64,000 nucleotides of DNA from Octopus bimaculoides (lineage: Eukaryota). The stretch is from assembly GCF_001194135.2 (NCBI RefSeq), contig NC_068992.1:31588504-31652503 (forward strand), written 5' to 3'. Within the stretch, counting starts at the first letter, position 1; each line of letters begins with the position of its first letter. The notes under the pieces are model-generated. The model was not told the DNA's origin. It saw only the letters and a list, made by a program, of their open reading frames with translations, and did not search any database. The position numbers and the translations under genes were made by a program. Below, piece after piece: positions 50,331-63,821 of this stretch.

Positions 50331-52378
50331 CTACATACATACATAACATACATACATACACACATACATACATACACATATGTATATAATCACAAGGTAT
50401 GAATCCGAGATGCAAACTTTTGCTTAGTTAAAGTATGCTTTATTTCAATATCTAAAGGTAAATTCACTGTAGTTACCCGAAAGAAAAAGGAAAGACTTTG
50501 TTATCGCAAATAATGTAAAATCCGTATACCTGCAGAGTGTTGCGCTCTATTGGATTCCCGCTTGCAGCGTTTCTCGCTTTTTAGCCTTCCTCGATGAGAA
50601 ATATTGGCATTTCACCTATACATGTTTTGTGTGCATGTGTGTGCTTATATGAATGGATTTATGTATATTTGTATGTTGTTTGCATGTGTTTATATATTTG
50701 GGCATGCGTGTGCAGCAATACTCATGTACATTTGTACGTTTCATATAGGTATGTGCATATTATGTGTATTAACATGTACGAACATGTAACGTATTTGTGC
50801 GAACGTTGAGACTTAAATGCGTTTTATGCATAGGGAACAAACGCCCATACACACATACACATACATACACACGCGCGCAAATGCAAACAAGCACAGAAAC
50901 ATCTGACCGTCTCCCACACACGTACTATACACAGACTCTCTCAATATACACGTCTCCACACACACACACACACACACGCACAAGTACATGGAACACACAT
51001 CGCCCCACACAACACACGTGCTGGTTTACATACAGAATCATGCACCCATACACACACAGACCCAGATACTTTTAAGTTCACCCACAAATACATTCACACG
51101 CATGCGCTTTCATTCACATATACATACTCACACACACCATACTTACGTACAAACCTTCGCTTCATTCAACCAGTCCATTGTTACCTCCTCTTAACTCAAC
51201 CTCTTTCTTCCGGTCATTTCATTATTTTTAACCGTTAATCCCAAGAGATTTTTCTTGCAGCATTTATTCCTTCTCTTTCCATTTTCTTCGTCATATCCTT
51301 TCGAAGGGCGTAGAATCGAAACGGCATAGACTTTTCTATTCTTCCCGAACATGAAACTAATACACCTGAAGGTTGCTCCTTCACACCCGTCCGCCCGCGC
51401 ATATTACATAGGTATAAATTTCGCGTACTCTTCATGTGTGTTTGTACATCACGTGTTTCTACTGTTTATGTGTGCTCATGTACATTATTCTCCAAAACCT
51501 TGTCTCGTATTAATAATGCTGATCTGTCTACATTTCACCTCCTCGTGCCCATTAATTAGCCATGAATTTTCAGACCTACCACCACCACCAACAACAACAA
51601 CAACACCACCACCAATACGTTCCTATCAGGTTAAGGTACCCTATTTTCTCCTACACTTATTTATTTTTTATTCAGTGTCCTCTTCTTCCAGGTTACTTTT
51701 CCTCTTTCTCTGCACTTTTATGCCATTATCGTTTACTTTTGCTTCACTTTATTATTGCCACCATTTATTCTTTCTTTTTCTTTTGTTTGTGGCGTTATGT
51801 ATATCTTAGATATTTGTATTTTCATTTTAACTTTTTCATCTATAGCCTTTATAATAATATCTATAGCTTTTATCTATAGATTTTATAATACTCTTTTATT
51901 ATACTTTCAAATTGTCAATATATAATATTGGAATCCTATTATTTCTTTTATTTACTTTCATTTCCTACTCCTGGATATATTCTGTTTTTCACATTACTCG
52001 CTTTTACTAAATTTTCTGGTTTACATATTAATTAATAATTATTGTATATTCCACCGTACACGTTAACCCTAACGGTAGTTCCGTAGGCCTTTATCTCTTT
52101 GAAATCAGTCACCTAAACAAATTAAATTGCATATCATTGGTTTGTTAATGACCAATTCGTATTATATTATATGCACCCAAGTAAATCTTTTCTTCACTTA
52201 TATCACAACGACCCAACAGACGAATAAAACATTAAATTCAGGAATGTCGATTAGACGAAAATGTACAGTCCAAAGACAACAGATATTTTCTTACAATATC
52301 GCTAAATATGTCTCAGTAAACAACTGCAACCACAATTTCTAATCGTTCATTATATAAATTTGCTATTTGAACTTCAGT

Positions 52379-52750
52379 GGAGGCGCAATGGCCCAGTGGT
52401 TAGGGCAGTGGACTCGCGGTTATAGGATCGCGGTTTCGATTCCCAGACCGGGCGTTGTGAGTGTTTATTGAGCGAAAACACCTAAAGATCTACGAGGCTC
52501 TGGCAGGGGATGGTGGCGAACCCTGCTGTACTCTTTCACCGCAACTAACTTCCTATTTCTGTTGTGCCTGTAATTCAAAGGGTCAGCCTTGTCACACTGT
52601 GCCACGCTGAATATCCACGTGAACTACGTTAAGGGTACACGTGTCAGTGGAGTGCTCATTCACTTGCACGTTAATTTCACGAGCAGGCTGTTCCGTTGAT
52701 CGGATCAACTGGAACCCTCAACGTCGTAAGAGACAGAGTGCCAACAACAA
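52379..52750 (+). mobile_element. tRNA-derived SINE (family D) with a (CAA)n tail
   Basis: A box GGCGCAATGGCCCAGTGGTTAGGGCAG, B box GGTTTCGATTCCC, non-tRNA body, tail GGAGTGCC-like followed by AACAACAAC. Confidence 0.85.
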
Positions 52751-53049
52751 CAATTTGGACCTCAACATATGTACTATTAAATAATGAGACCTCATTTATT
52801 GAAAGATATAAGCCGGAATTAGATATAAACCCATATTGAAAATTAAATATTTCTCCACCTATTGTAAGAATCACATGTTGACGAATATTAAAAATTACAG
52901 ATTTACCTCCCCTTTACTGAAAAAATATCTTTATAACCAATTAACCCCCTAGGAAACAAAATGTCTAATTCAGAATTTCATCCAGAACTTGAAAAGCGAT
53001 AGCGAAGCCGGTTATTATGTTGGAAAGAAAAATTATTATTTTCAACACT

Positions 53050-53247
53050 AGGCACAAGGCACGAACTTTTGAGGGAGGGGACCAGTCAATTAAATCGACC
53101 CTAGTATGCAAATAGTAATTAATTTATCGACCCTAAAAAGTGAATGGAAATGTCGATCTCCGCGGAATTTGGATTCAGAACATAAGTCAGACGAAATACT
53201 GCTAAGTATTATGCCTGGCGTGGTAATGTTTCTGCCAGCGCGCCGCC
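53050..53247 (-). mobile_element. tRNA-derived SINE (family C)
   Basis: Reverse complement GGCGGCGCGCTGGCAGAAACATTACCACGCCAGGCATAATACTTAGCAGTATTTCGTC, homologous to 30279-30510. Confidence 0.78.
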
Positions 53248-53373
53248 TTTATTTTGTATTTTATAAAACGTTTGCTGTTATGATTCTAATGTATTCCTTA
53301 GTCTTTTAAAACAAATCTTCTGTTTTTGAACATCTTATTTATATATANNNNNNNNNNNNNNNNNNNNNATATA

Positions 53374-53760
53374 TAAATTGTAAATGTAAAAATAAAAACA
53401 AAACTCAAAGGATTCTGCGGTACATGTGTTTCCATACCTTGCCACAATTCAGTGTGTAATGAATTGTGGCAAGATATGGATGGAGTCCGGAGTACCGAGC
53501 AAATTATGTATAAATATATCAAATTAAGAATTCTACGAGGTATATTACAATGCAAAATACCAAACGGAACCTCACCTCTTATATCTCAGCTTGTTTCCTC
53601 CTTTAACTTCTATGTGATATAATTCTTGGGAATGAATACATTTGCGGCTGAAGATAGCTTTATACTGTCAATTATACACTGATGTAACAACTATAAAACT
53701 TTAAACACGTGTACCGCAGAATCCTTTGTGTTTTGGTTTTATTTTTACATTTACAATTTA
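53374..53760. mobile_element. ~390-bp element with ~58-bp inverted arms made of hammerhead 3' halves
   Basis: 53374-53431 is the reverse complement of 53702-53760 with few mismatches. The left side abuts (TA)n and a gap. Confidence 0.75.
53643..53719 (+). ncRNA. Type I hammerhead ribozyme motif
   Basis: TGCGG-CTGAAGA-TAGCTTTATA...TATAAAACTT-TAA-ACACGTGT-A-CCGCA. Stem I 5 bp, perfect core, stem II 8/10 paired, palindromic stem III, GTA site. G12 is T here but G in the inverted arm. Confidence 0.7.
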
Positions 53761-53828
53761 TTCATTCACCCTGACCACGAGCTGGCATACACAGGTGCTT
53801 ACAATTATCAAGTATTACCTCTAACATT

Positions 53829-53874
<46 letters not shown>

Positions 53875-56800
53875 NNNNNNNNNNTACACAGAAACAAATA
53901 AGATGTAAAAGCACAAGTTTGTATTACAAGACTAAAGACTATATTAGAATCAGCAGCAAATGTATTATGCGCGGCTAATTTGATACTTTTCAAAATTCAA
54001 AGGCGATTTTTAATGTGCATAAATAAATAAATGCATACAAAAATTAGCATAATTAGAATATGGCATACGTAGTAGTACAGTATGTCACACTTTCTTTCAG
54101 ATGTTTTACCAGCTGGTGTAAATTATACATATTTGATAATAAATTTCAGATATTTCACAATAAATCACATGAACTTACACTGACATTGCTGCAAAACTTT
54201 TGAACGAGATTAGTTACATCTTGTTGTATTGACAGGAACGCCTTATAGATATACTAGGTATTGATTTTAGAAAACGTTTACTCGTACAAGCAAAATACAT
54301 ATGCCTCAGTGACTAAATAGGGAAAGACAGTTTCAATACGAGAAGAAACGTATGTGTAGTAGATTGATTTGGTCATTCGTGGGCATTAACTTCGTAAATA
54401 GGAATACTTGCCGTCGTACATCACGTTGAAGCTCAATGACATACTTCATATTTGAAAATGATGTATGTCATATATTTATGCATACACACACACACTCACG
54501 AAACACATCTATGTAAGTGCTTACTTCTCTATGAGTCTATGTTTTATGTGTCTAAGGACGGACGTGTAAGTATGCAAACAGGTATGCAAAGTAGATTGTA
54601 AATGTAACATACACCTTCCATACATACAGATTGTAGTATGGTTTTCTCGAGATTTATGACGTTTACAGTTATATTTTTATCTTTGAAATAACCATCATTT
54701 ATCCGAATGTTTGTTTATTAGCGATAAAATGTGATATATCAAACGCCAAATATTTCCTTGAACTCTTCTAATGTACATGAATACTTATTCCTTCACTGTA
54801 CCTGTTTTAATATATATGCATGCAAACATACTTACGCAAACATTTTTATAATTTTAATATATTGATGTGCAAGTGCGAATGTATTTCTGTGAATGTATCA
54901 CTTGTTCGATTTAGATGTATATGCCTCTCTATCTATGCGTGTGTACGTGTGTGTGTGTGTGTGTGTACCTCTGTGTGTGTATGTGTGTGTGTGTCTGTGT
55001 AAATATGTGTTAGTGACTTTAACATTCGTCACGACCTGTCCACTTTTTCAGCCCATTTGCTTTGCTAAATTAGTAATTGATGTGCAAACAATTTGAACAA
55101 TTTCAACTCAAAGACATTTTATGATGACCTTTTAGGTGTTTTATATTAATAGTAGATTACACGATATAGATTTTATGTTGCCATAAATAATCGTTGGACA
55201 AATATATATTTCTAAACTTATCATATTTTGTTTAATCATGTCCGTCTACATTTAACTAGCTTCTAAATTGGTACTGTGACTTTCGGAAGCTGATATATAC
55301 CTCCATATCCAATTGACCTCCATTCATTGGTAGAAATATAAAAGAAAAAGAAACTGGTGTGAATGCAGTTTTCTGTTAGTTTAATACTATGATATTCGAT
55401 GACATACTTTAAAAGTTGTGGTATGTCTAACTTGCAATAACAGCGTATTCTGAGTTTTTTATGAAGCATTGCTTTGAGTGCGAAATATTTTCAAATGATA
55501 CTCAGATAAATATTGTTTCGGTTTGAATGTCATTCATATTTATAGTTACAGCTTTCATTTTAAAAGAAATGTACTGGTATATGGAAAGAATTTATGTAAT
55601 ACATATACATAAAACGTCCATAAACAATAGGCATCAAAAACTTGTTTAAAGTACGTAGCAAATTGAGATATTAAAGGAGGATTTGTTATATCGCTTAAAC
55701 TCTGTATTTGATAAAGCGAAAGCGATTATAATGGCTGCGCAGACGTTTACTTAGATTTGCAGACTTATAATACGTTTTGCGCAACAATACATTCTCTTTA
55801 AACATTTATACGTTTAAACACCAAACTTGCAGCAAATACTATATCTCAGATGTGTAAAATGTGTAAAACAAAAATGTTAAAAATATGTAATATAAATGTG
55901 TGCACCTTCCAAACATTATAATACGTCAATACATTACTTAATTTCTAAAGCCATGTAAAAATGCAGGTATTTTTACTTTTGCATTACTCTGATATTTTAG
56001 AAATCAGTAACGCTGAAGTTTTACATGTAGCACAATAGCCCATCTACCTGTCTAAGCCAAAATTAAGATATATCCTTTTTACAGATTCTGTTACACAAAC
56101 AATACCAATTGAGTATATATTGCCTCCTAAAGCATCGCAGTTTGTCTAATAATGGGAAGCATTTACTGTACACGTGGTATAATAAATCAAAGGTTCTCAA
56201 CCCATTTTGGCCAATGGTCCCCTTTTGACCGTTGGAGTCACAAATTCTTAGTTTTCAATATACTACATATTCTGATATCAGCAAAATATGATTAAAAAAT
56301 TAAGGATGTCGGTTTACACATGCGCTTGTACACAATCGGGAGCACATATGTACAAACTGATATGCAAAAAAGAAAAGATATTATGAATTGAAAGTTTGGT
56401 AATTGCATTTATTTCTACCACGCGACACTTATGAGATCAACATGCTGTCTATCGAAAAATAAATTCCGATGAGATCATTTCAAACCTTTCCGATTTCCCT
56501 TATCAAAACATGTAGACGTTGTGCAACAATCTGACGTATAAGTTATTGTCACCCGAGAAGAGGATTTGTATGCGCAAGAAAGAGAGTGTATTTGATAGAA
56601 ATTGTTTAAATACATATGAACTTCATGAGTAGAAAATTGTAGAGGATGGTATTCACTGTACTTGGATCTAGTTAGTTTGAGTCACAAAATCATGGCCGCT
56701 TTTAAAATGACATAAAAGAATCTGAAAATTTGCCTTATTAATCATTCATTTGTTATTCAGGATCTAGTTTGTTTCGTTCACAAAATTAGCATTTTTTACA

Positions 56801-57395
56801 AGGATTAAAACATCTGAAAATTGGTTATCTTGATGCAGTTTTCCATGTTTATTCCTATGAAGGCATGAACGACTGGAGAAAAAAATTTGACACACAAAAT
56901 TTTTTTGTTTGTTTTTTGATTCGTGGTTTCAAAATACTGACAGTCTGGATTCGTTTGTGTCTACAATTCCCAAATAATTTTTGAAATACTTCAAAATCAA
57001 ATTTGCATAAATATATGTTCCAGAAACAATACTAAAAAAATTAAGGAAATAGATTTTTGGAAGATTTCTTATTATGGCTGAATTTATTCTATTATTCTAA
57101 AATATTCTGAAGCTTATATATATACATGTATAAATCCATACGGAAACACAATATATACACACCCATAGATATTTAAACAGTTAGTTTTATATACATCCAT
57201 GTATATATATAAATATTTCGGCATCTCTACACAACTGTGCCCAAAAGATTTGGTTCTTCATTGCCTTGAGAAAATTAAGTATTTTTTTCTACAAATATGC
57301 TTCAGATCACGTAGATTCCGATTAAATTGGAATTCATTGTGAAAACAGTTTATTCCTGAAGGAGAGTAGAAAATTCATACCACCAAGCTTTGGTT

Positions 57396-57428
<33 letters not shown>

Positions 57429-57431
<3 letters not shown>

Positions 57432-58066
57432 CAAAACATAGGGTAAAAATCAGATATTAATTACTATCGATTTATTACCAGGAAGCTAGTACATTTAAAC
57501 AATCTGAGAGATTCAGAAAAATATCGGAGATCTTGGGGGATTAAAGTATATGTTTATATATAACGATGACCACTAAAGTGGACATTTAATGTGCTAGAAG
57601 TAGATCACATGTTGTATCTACTAAGACCTAATGGTTCTCAAAAGAAATACAACGAAATACCAAAATATATGTGGGCAAGACAGGGAAAATTACATAAATA
57701 AAACATTATTATTCGTGGTACGGTTTCGAAATTAACACTCTTACCGATTATCAGTTTCTCTTCAGCACGAATTGTAAGGAAATCATAATTCTCAGAATCT
57801 TATACAAGTTGTTTACCCCTAGAGGCAAACGTGCATATGGTTCTGCGATTTACAACTTAATGGTAAAAATCAAATGTCTTCGTTTTGACACGCTAATTCC
57901 GGAAATATGTCTGCAGAAAATTCTTACTGCATCGCCGATATCCACTTTGAGAACTTGGTTATGGTGAAACAAATCAAAACATAGGGCAAAAATCAGATAT
58001 TAATTACTATCGATTCTTTTGAGAACCATTAGGTCTTAGTAGACACAACATGTGATCTACTTCTAG

Positions 58067-58068
<2 letters not shown>
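57429..58068. repeat. Local rearrangement: 44-bp direct copy fused to a 55-bp inverted copy
   Basis: 57429-57472 matches 57972-58015 (1 mismatch). 58014-58068 is the reverse complement of 57592-57646 (1 mismatch). Confidence 0.92.
57711..57772 (-). ncRNA. Type I hammerhead ribozyme motif
   Basis: Minus strand ATTCGTG-CTGAAGA-GAAA...TTTC-GAA-ACCGTAC-CACGAAT. 7-bp stem I, perfect core, 4-bp stem II. Stem III and the cleavage triplet are imperfect. Confidence 0.65.
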
Positions 58069-58125
<57 letters not shown>

Positions 58126-58279
58126 TTGTGCATACGTGGGTGCATACGTATTGTTTTAATTATAGCTTTTTACACGCACATACACACATAATAAACTGTT
58201 ACACCATTGGCTACCACAATCACAACTATCCAAAACTTCTTCATCACTCTTCCAACTTCATTTTCCTCTTAAAAAAGCT

Positions 58280-58500
58280 TTCCTCTACTTTGACAATATG
58301 TCGTACCACTGCACGGCTGTCTGCTAATATTGAGGATAGACATTCCACAGATAAAGTCCAGGATTATGTGAAAAAGTTTGAAGACCGTCAATAAACATCT
58401 TTCCATAAAAGTATTTAAAAAATTATTAGAAATTATAAAGAGAAAGGAATGGTAGATTCGGACTGTTTGTATTTGAAATCCTCGCATTTAGAAAAGGGAG
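58280..58500 (+). mobile_element. Possible PLE pre-RT fragment
   Basis: DKVQDYVKKFED and KIIRNYKEKGMVDSDCLYLKSS loosely resemble the DY..K..D...L..KG.ID.....L.PS region upstream of PLE RT. Confidence 0.3.
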
Positions 58501-58538
58501 CGGCGAATTATTTTTTGCATAATCATATCAATTTCATT

Positions 58539-59345
58539 ATATATATAAGGAATACCAAAATGGGACAAGAACGTAAAACATCCAGACACACGATACAAAA
58601 AACGAGGTCAGGTCATTCGGAATTTTCTTTTTTCAGTCGAGTTCAATCTTACCTTCATTTTATCAGTCCCTTCACAATTACTCCTTTCTTGCCACTCTTC
58701 TCTCTTTCGTTCCCCCTCTCTCACGTTTCTCGGCTTTCTCTTCATCCTCATCTTCCCTCCTCTTTCACTTCCCTCTGTCCCTTTTCTTTTTTCTCGTCCC
58801 TGCCCAATTCATCTATCCTTCTGCCTCTGCCTGTCTTCTCTCTCCGGTGTTCGGCCAAGCCTGCATTTTTCCTCTTGGTTCGACTACCATCAGTGCAACA
58901 GCTATATTTCTCCATATGCCTGTCATCTCTTATGTCCCTGTTGTAAGGCTTCACTTCCGCGCACAGCAGCTTAATTTCATTCGTCCTTAGTCGAAAGATA
59001 CCTGTTGTTAATGTCGTTTATTTGCATTCGCATTTCGGTACAATTTCTCTGTTTTGTTTTTTTCGTCCTCGTTTTCGTATGCATTCGCTGCTTACTTCCA
59101 AGGAATCTAGTGCTCTTAGGTTACTTTTTCCTTCGGGCTGGCCAGATTGGAACAATCTCGAATATTGTCAGCCGATATTGCAAAGATAATCTGGAATTCG
59201 ACTGAAGAAAGAAAACTCCGAATAACACGTCCTTGAGTTTTTTATGGCCTCTCTGGATATTTTGTTGTCCCTTTTTTGCATCATCTACTTGTCTGGATGA
59301 CTTACGTTCTAGTCCCATTTTTGGTATTCTCTATATATTTATATA
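58539..59345. mobile_element. ~800-bp element with inverted arms ending in (TA)n, each arm with a hammerhead-like variant
   Basis: 58539-58644 is the inverted homolog of 59193-59345 (GAATACCAAAA.TGGGAC.AGAACGTAA..CATCCAGACA...TTCGGA.TTTTCTTT.TTCAGTCGA.TTC). Confidence 0.7.
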
Positions 59346-59862
59346 TAGGCATTTGTGTGTGTGTGTGCGTGTGTGTGTGTCGGTGTGTTTGCTAGTGTCT
59401 TTTATTAGTTTTAGTTTTGTTTACTTACCCACATCAACAAATGATCCAATGAGGTATTCCCTGTGTGGCTGTTCAATTTGCTAGAAAAAATAGCCAAATC
59501 TCCCTCACACTATGCTCTTGTTAGTATTAAGGAAAGTGAAGAGTTTTACTCCTCTCCATCATTATGATTAAAACTAATATATTTGATTTTGTTCGACTCT
59601 ATCAATATAATTTTTTTATGTTTCTGTCCATTGCTTGATATAAGAAATTGGAAAATCCTGACCAAAACAGAGAAAATCTACCTTGACAATGTATATAGAA
59701 AGAGAAAGAATACTTTCTGTTTTCCAAAGCCAAACGATGTGTTTCTAGCTGGGGTGTAATTTTATAATTAAAACATTCAAAATTTAAATTTCAGAACATA
59801 AGACTTACCACGTTATCAGGTGTATAGCTGCAGTTCGAATGGGTAAAAAATCTAAAACAAAT

Positions 59863-59868
59863 GTGTGT

Positions 59869-59948
<80 letters not shown>
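59863..59948. repeat. (TG)n microsatellite
   Basis: Directly visible. Confidence 0.97.
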
Positions 59949-59950
<2 letters not shown>

Positions 59951-60145
59951 CTGGGTCTTTAGTAGCCAGGGGTCAATTTAAGTTCAATCGCAGAAAGGAA
60001 TTCAAATCGGCAACACACGCAATCATATGCATACAATCATAACCATACATAAGCACACATGTACAAATACATATCTATCATACACTCCCAAAAGCCAGTT
60101 TGATCCAAAATTGTGACCACAACTTTTTAGATATTTGCACTCAAG

Positions 60146-60200
<55 letters not shown>

Positions 60201-60956
60201 TTAGCTTTTCACTATTCATCTGTTTTTAGTTATTTGTTTTGATGGTTTCACTCTAGCGACACCAGTTACTCATGTTACCATGAATTTGCTTGATGTCCTC
60301 AAAGAGGTAAAGTGTTTTTTATGGTTTTGAAAATTTGAAACAAAAAGCAGGGCTTTTTTTTCTTTTCAAACTGACTATCGCAGAGATGTGAAAATAGGGC
60401 TACTACTCGCTAACTTGAAATTAAACTTGCCAAAAACGAGGGTCTTCCAGCACCTCCAAGTCTCTTAAATCCCCCCTTGTACCTCTTCGCTGCAAAACGT
60501 CACTCGAGCCATCCGAGGGACCATATGGCCCCTTTGAGAATCTCTGTACTAAATGAAAACGATCCTGGAAGCCTGACAGTCATGTTACCCAGAAATCCCG
60601 CGAATTCATTGTATTATAGCGTATAAGAAGCTGCAATGCTTCAGTGGAAGTATTTATTTCACAAAAACTGAAAACTGAAGATGTTTCCTACAGTATCGAT
60701 GTATAAAATAACAAATGAAGAATGTAATAGGGACAAGCCTAAATAGGTAAATTACAGTGGAGAACCAAAAGAGATAAGAACATTATTCCTGGCAGATATA
60801 ATTGAACGCTGGCAGATATAATGGAACGTGAAAGGTATGGAAGTGGAGAGTTCCATCGTCACCCCAAGAACAAGTGTATCAGTATTATCAAGACCAGTGT
60901 AGATATTACAGGCAAAGGCACATATACCCACGCACACACACATACACAACGTACGA

Positions 60957-60990
<34 letters not shown>

Positions 60991-61589
60991 ACTCTATCAC
61001 AAACACAACTGTCACATCATACATACCCACACGAAGGAAAATAAAAGTCATTTGCTACACAAGCTAAAAAAAACTAATAGATCACATCCAGCAGCATCAA
61101 GCTTCGCACAAAATAACTCAATGCATTAAATTATCCCCATGGGACACAAAATCCATACAAATACACAACATCCCAAACAGATAGGAGACTTCTGTGGAAA
61201 TATTAACTAAAAAACTACTTGGGAAAAGTTATGCATACAGCCAAAAAAACAGCTCACCTCTCTCGCCACAAGATTATATTAAGTGGCTTTTCTAAAGTTT
61301 CGTTCTCTTAATATTTGTATCTAGACCTAGCAGTGTAAATGCACACGTATTGGTGTCCGTTAGAAGCAATTTATCCTGCTCACCATCTTCCGGTTACTGG
61401 CTTGAGATGTTTTGGTAATCTGATAGAACGGAATCTCCGCACAAGAATCACTAAATTTCATACCAATTACCAAGGGATACGTGATGTACATATCTACAAA
61501 GCAAACAAGTCAATGATGTGAAGTATCTGTGTTGTTTTAAGAGGGTGTTGATGTACCAAAATTTAGAAGTATTATTATCATTATGCTTA

Positions 61590-61800
61590 GCCCGGAAAGC
61601 TGACAGAATCGTTAGCATGCAGGACGAAATGCTTAGCAGTATTTCGCCCGTCGCTATGCACGAAGTTCAAATCCTGCCGAGGTTGCCATTGCTTTTGGGG
61701 GTCGATAAATTAAATATCACTGTAACACTAGTGTCGATGAAATCGTCTAATACCCTCCCCAAAGGTTTCAGGCCTTCAGTCTTTAACAGAAAGGATTATT
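61590..61800 (+). mobile_element. tRNA-derived SINE (family C-related); a second, more decayed copy follows at about 61820-61970
   Basis: AGCTGACAGAATCGTTAGCATGCAGGACGAAATGCTTAGCAGTATTTCG...GAAGTTCAAATCCTGCCGAGG, with an (ATT)n tail. Confidence 0.72.
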
Positions 61801-62689
61801 ATTATCATTATGATTTTTAGGGTAGCGAGCTGTCAGAATCGCGAACTACCGATAAACATTTCGTTCGTCTTTGCACTTTGAGCTCAATTACTGCCAACGT
61901 CGATTTTGCCGTTCCTCTCTTTGAGGATTTGTAAAATAATCAACAGCTGAGCACCGGTGTCGATCGTGGATAAAAGACTTTTATAATGAATGACTATCAA
62001 TGTGACAAAGAATCTCTAGTTATCCCGACCAAAAATAGTTCAAACCATACAAATAAAATTTTAAAATATATTAAGTGCTAGTGCCTATGTAGTGCCTCTA
62101 AAAATGTACATAGGATATGTCAGTGATAAATTAATAAAAATACTGGATTTCGCCGGCCGTATTACATTTTCACTTAACAAGAACAATTATACCCACCTAA
62201 CGCTTGAGAACGAAATTAAATTGCTTTCTTCACGCCTGTAGCAAATGCATTAGGAATCTTTACTTTTACTCAGCATAATATATGTTCAAAAAGTGAAGAA
62301 ATATATCGTTTTCCCTAACTATCAATTTCTTTACAATTCCAAATATAAATAAATTTCTGATTTTTTTTTTAATATAAATTAATCACACCAATTGTCTTTG
62401 CGGTGAAATATAAATCAAATTGTATCCACCCTGATCAAAATAACCTTAATGGAATGCACAAAATTTTTACATATCTTTATTAAATTAAGATGTTTCCAAT
62501 GCATAGCAATATCCGAAGGTGAAATACCGTAATGAATAAATAAATTTTATTCTTACATGAGAATTGTACATTACGTCTAATTAATTGTTACACAGCAAAA
62601 ACAAATTATTGCTAAGATTTTTTTTTTATAAATGCAAATTCTTCCAAGCTTAATTATAATAACATTGAACGTATGTAATGAGTTGATGA

Positions 62690-62885
62690 ATGTTATTTCA
62701 GTAGCGGACGTCATTATTCTGCAGTCATGAAGAAGCACCACTTTGGATGATTTTAGTCAAGCGAATCGCCTCAAGCACTTATTTTCGTTAAAGCCTGGTA
62801 CTTATTCTATGAGCCTCTTTTGCTGAATTGCTATGTTACAGGCACCTAAATACATCACAACAGTTACCAACCGGTGATGGGGAAC
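62690..62885 (-). mobile_element. Diverged 3' half of the SINE family B tail
   Basis: AAGCCTGGTACTTATTCTATG and TTTGCTGAATTGCTATGTTAC align with 19965-20020. Confidence 0.55.
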
Positions 62886-62926
62886 ATACATGAAGACGAA
62901 AATTCACAAACACACACACACACACA

Positions 62927-63814
62927 TACATGCTGTCTGATCAATAAGTATCCGGACTGTTGCCAAAATAACGAAGTTAAAGAACGCTGCCGCTTAGCCC
63001 AGATTGATCTGGAACTCTGCTGTGCATGCAAACTATGGTTTAACGTTCTAATTCACTTCCGTTGTTTAGAGCAGTAATTGGTAGGAATATGTGTAGTACG
63101 TGGTCATCGCATTAAACATCGCATTTATCTAAATCAGATAAAGCCAAAAGCTTGGCGATACATGCTGAAAGGCCTACGCAAAGTTGTATATACTGTATGG
63201 AGAAGAATGTATGAGCCGAATAAATGTCGATAGTGACGAAAGTACTGGGAGACCCGCAACCAACACAACTGAAAAAAACATCGCAGATGTGCGTGCAGGT
63301 ATGACGGGAAATAGTGGAATCACCACACGTGAGTTATCAGAGAATGTGCAGTTTAGTTACGGTTCAGTTCAATCCTTTATCACTAGATATTTGGTTATGA
63401 GACGTGTGTCTACCAAGTTTGTGCCACGACTGTTTTCACCTGACAACGCGCCTCTCCATTGTGCAGCTTGGGAAGAAGATTTTGGCTAGGCACAGCATTC
63501 TCCAGGTCCGACAGCCACCGTATTCTTCAGATCTCGCTCCTTGCGACTCTTTCGTCTTTCCAAAAATCATATCCCTCTTGAAAGGAAGAAGATTTCAGGA
63601 CGTCGATGAAATCAAAATGAATGCAACGAGGCAGCTACTGATTAACTCAGAAAACAAGTTTCAGGAATGCTGTCATCAAGGGAAACAACGCTGGATCAAA
63701 TGTGTGGCTTCTGACGAGGACTACTTTGAAGGAGATTAAATGCCAAATTGTTACGTGTTGTAGTTTTGGGATTATAGCACTAGTCCGGATCGTTATTGAT
63801 CAGATCTCGGATAT
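62927..63814 (+). mobile_element. Internally deleted mariner with both TIRs
   Basis: TIR core TCTGATCAATAA..ATCCGGACT at 62936-62959 and inverted at about 63782-63804. HTH (DESTGRPAT...ITTRELSENVQFSYGSVQSFIT..VSTKFVPRL) joins directly to DNAP.H...QPPYSSDLAPCDSFVFPKI...DYFEGD, so the first catalytic Asp region is deleted. Confidence 0.9.
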
Positions 63815-63821
63815 ACATGAT

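Noticed and set aside
56200-60550. hAT/MITE-like terminal words (GGTTCTCAACC at about 56212; TTGAGAATCTCTG at about 60535)
   Set aside because: They are 4 kb apart, poorly matched and show no TSD, so I cannot define an element.
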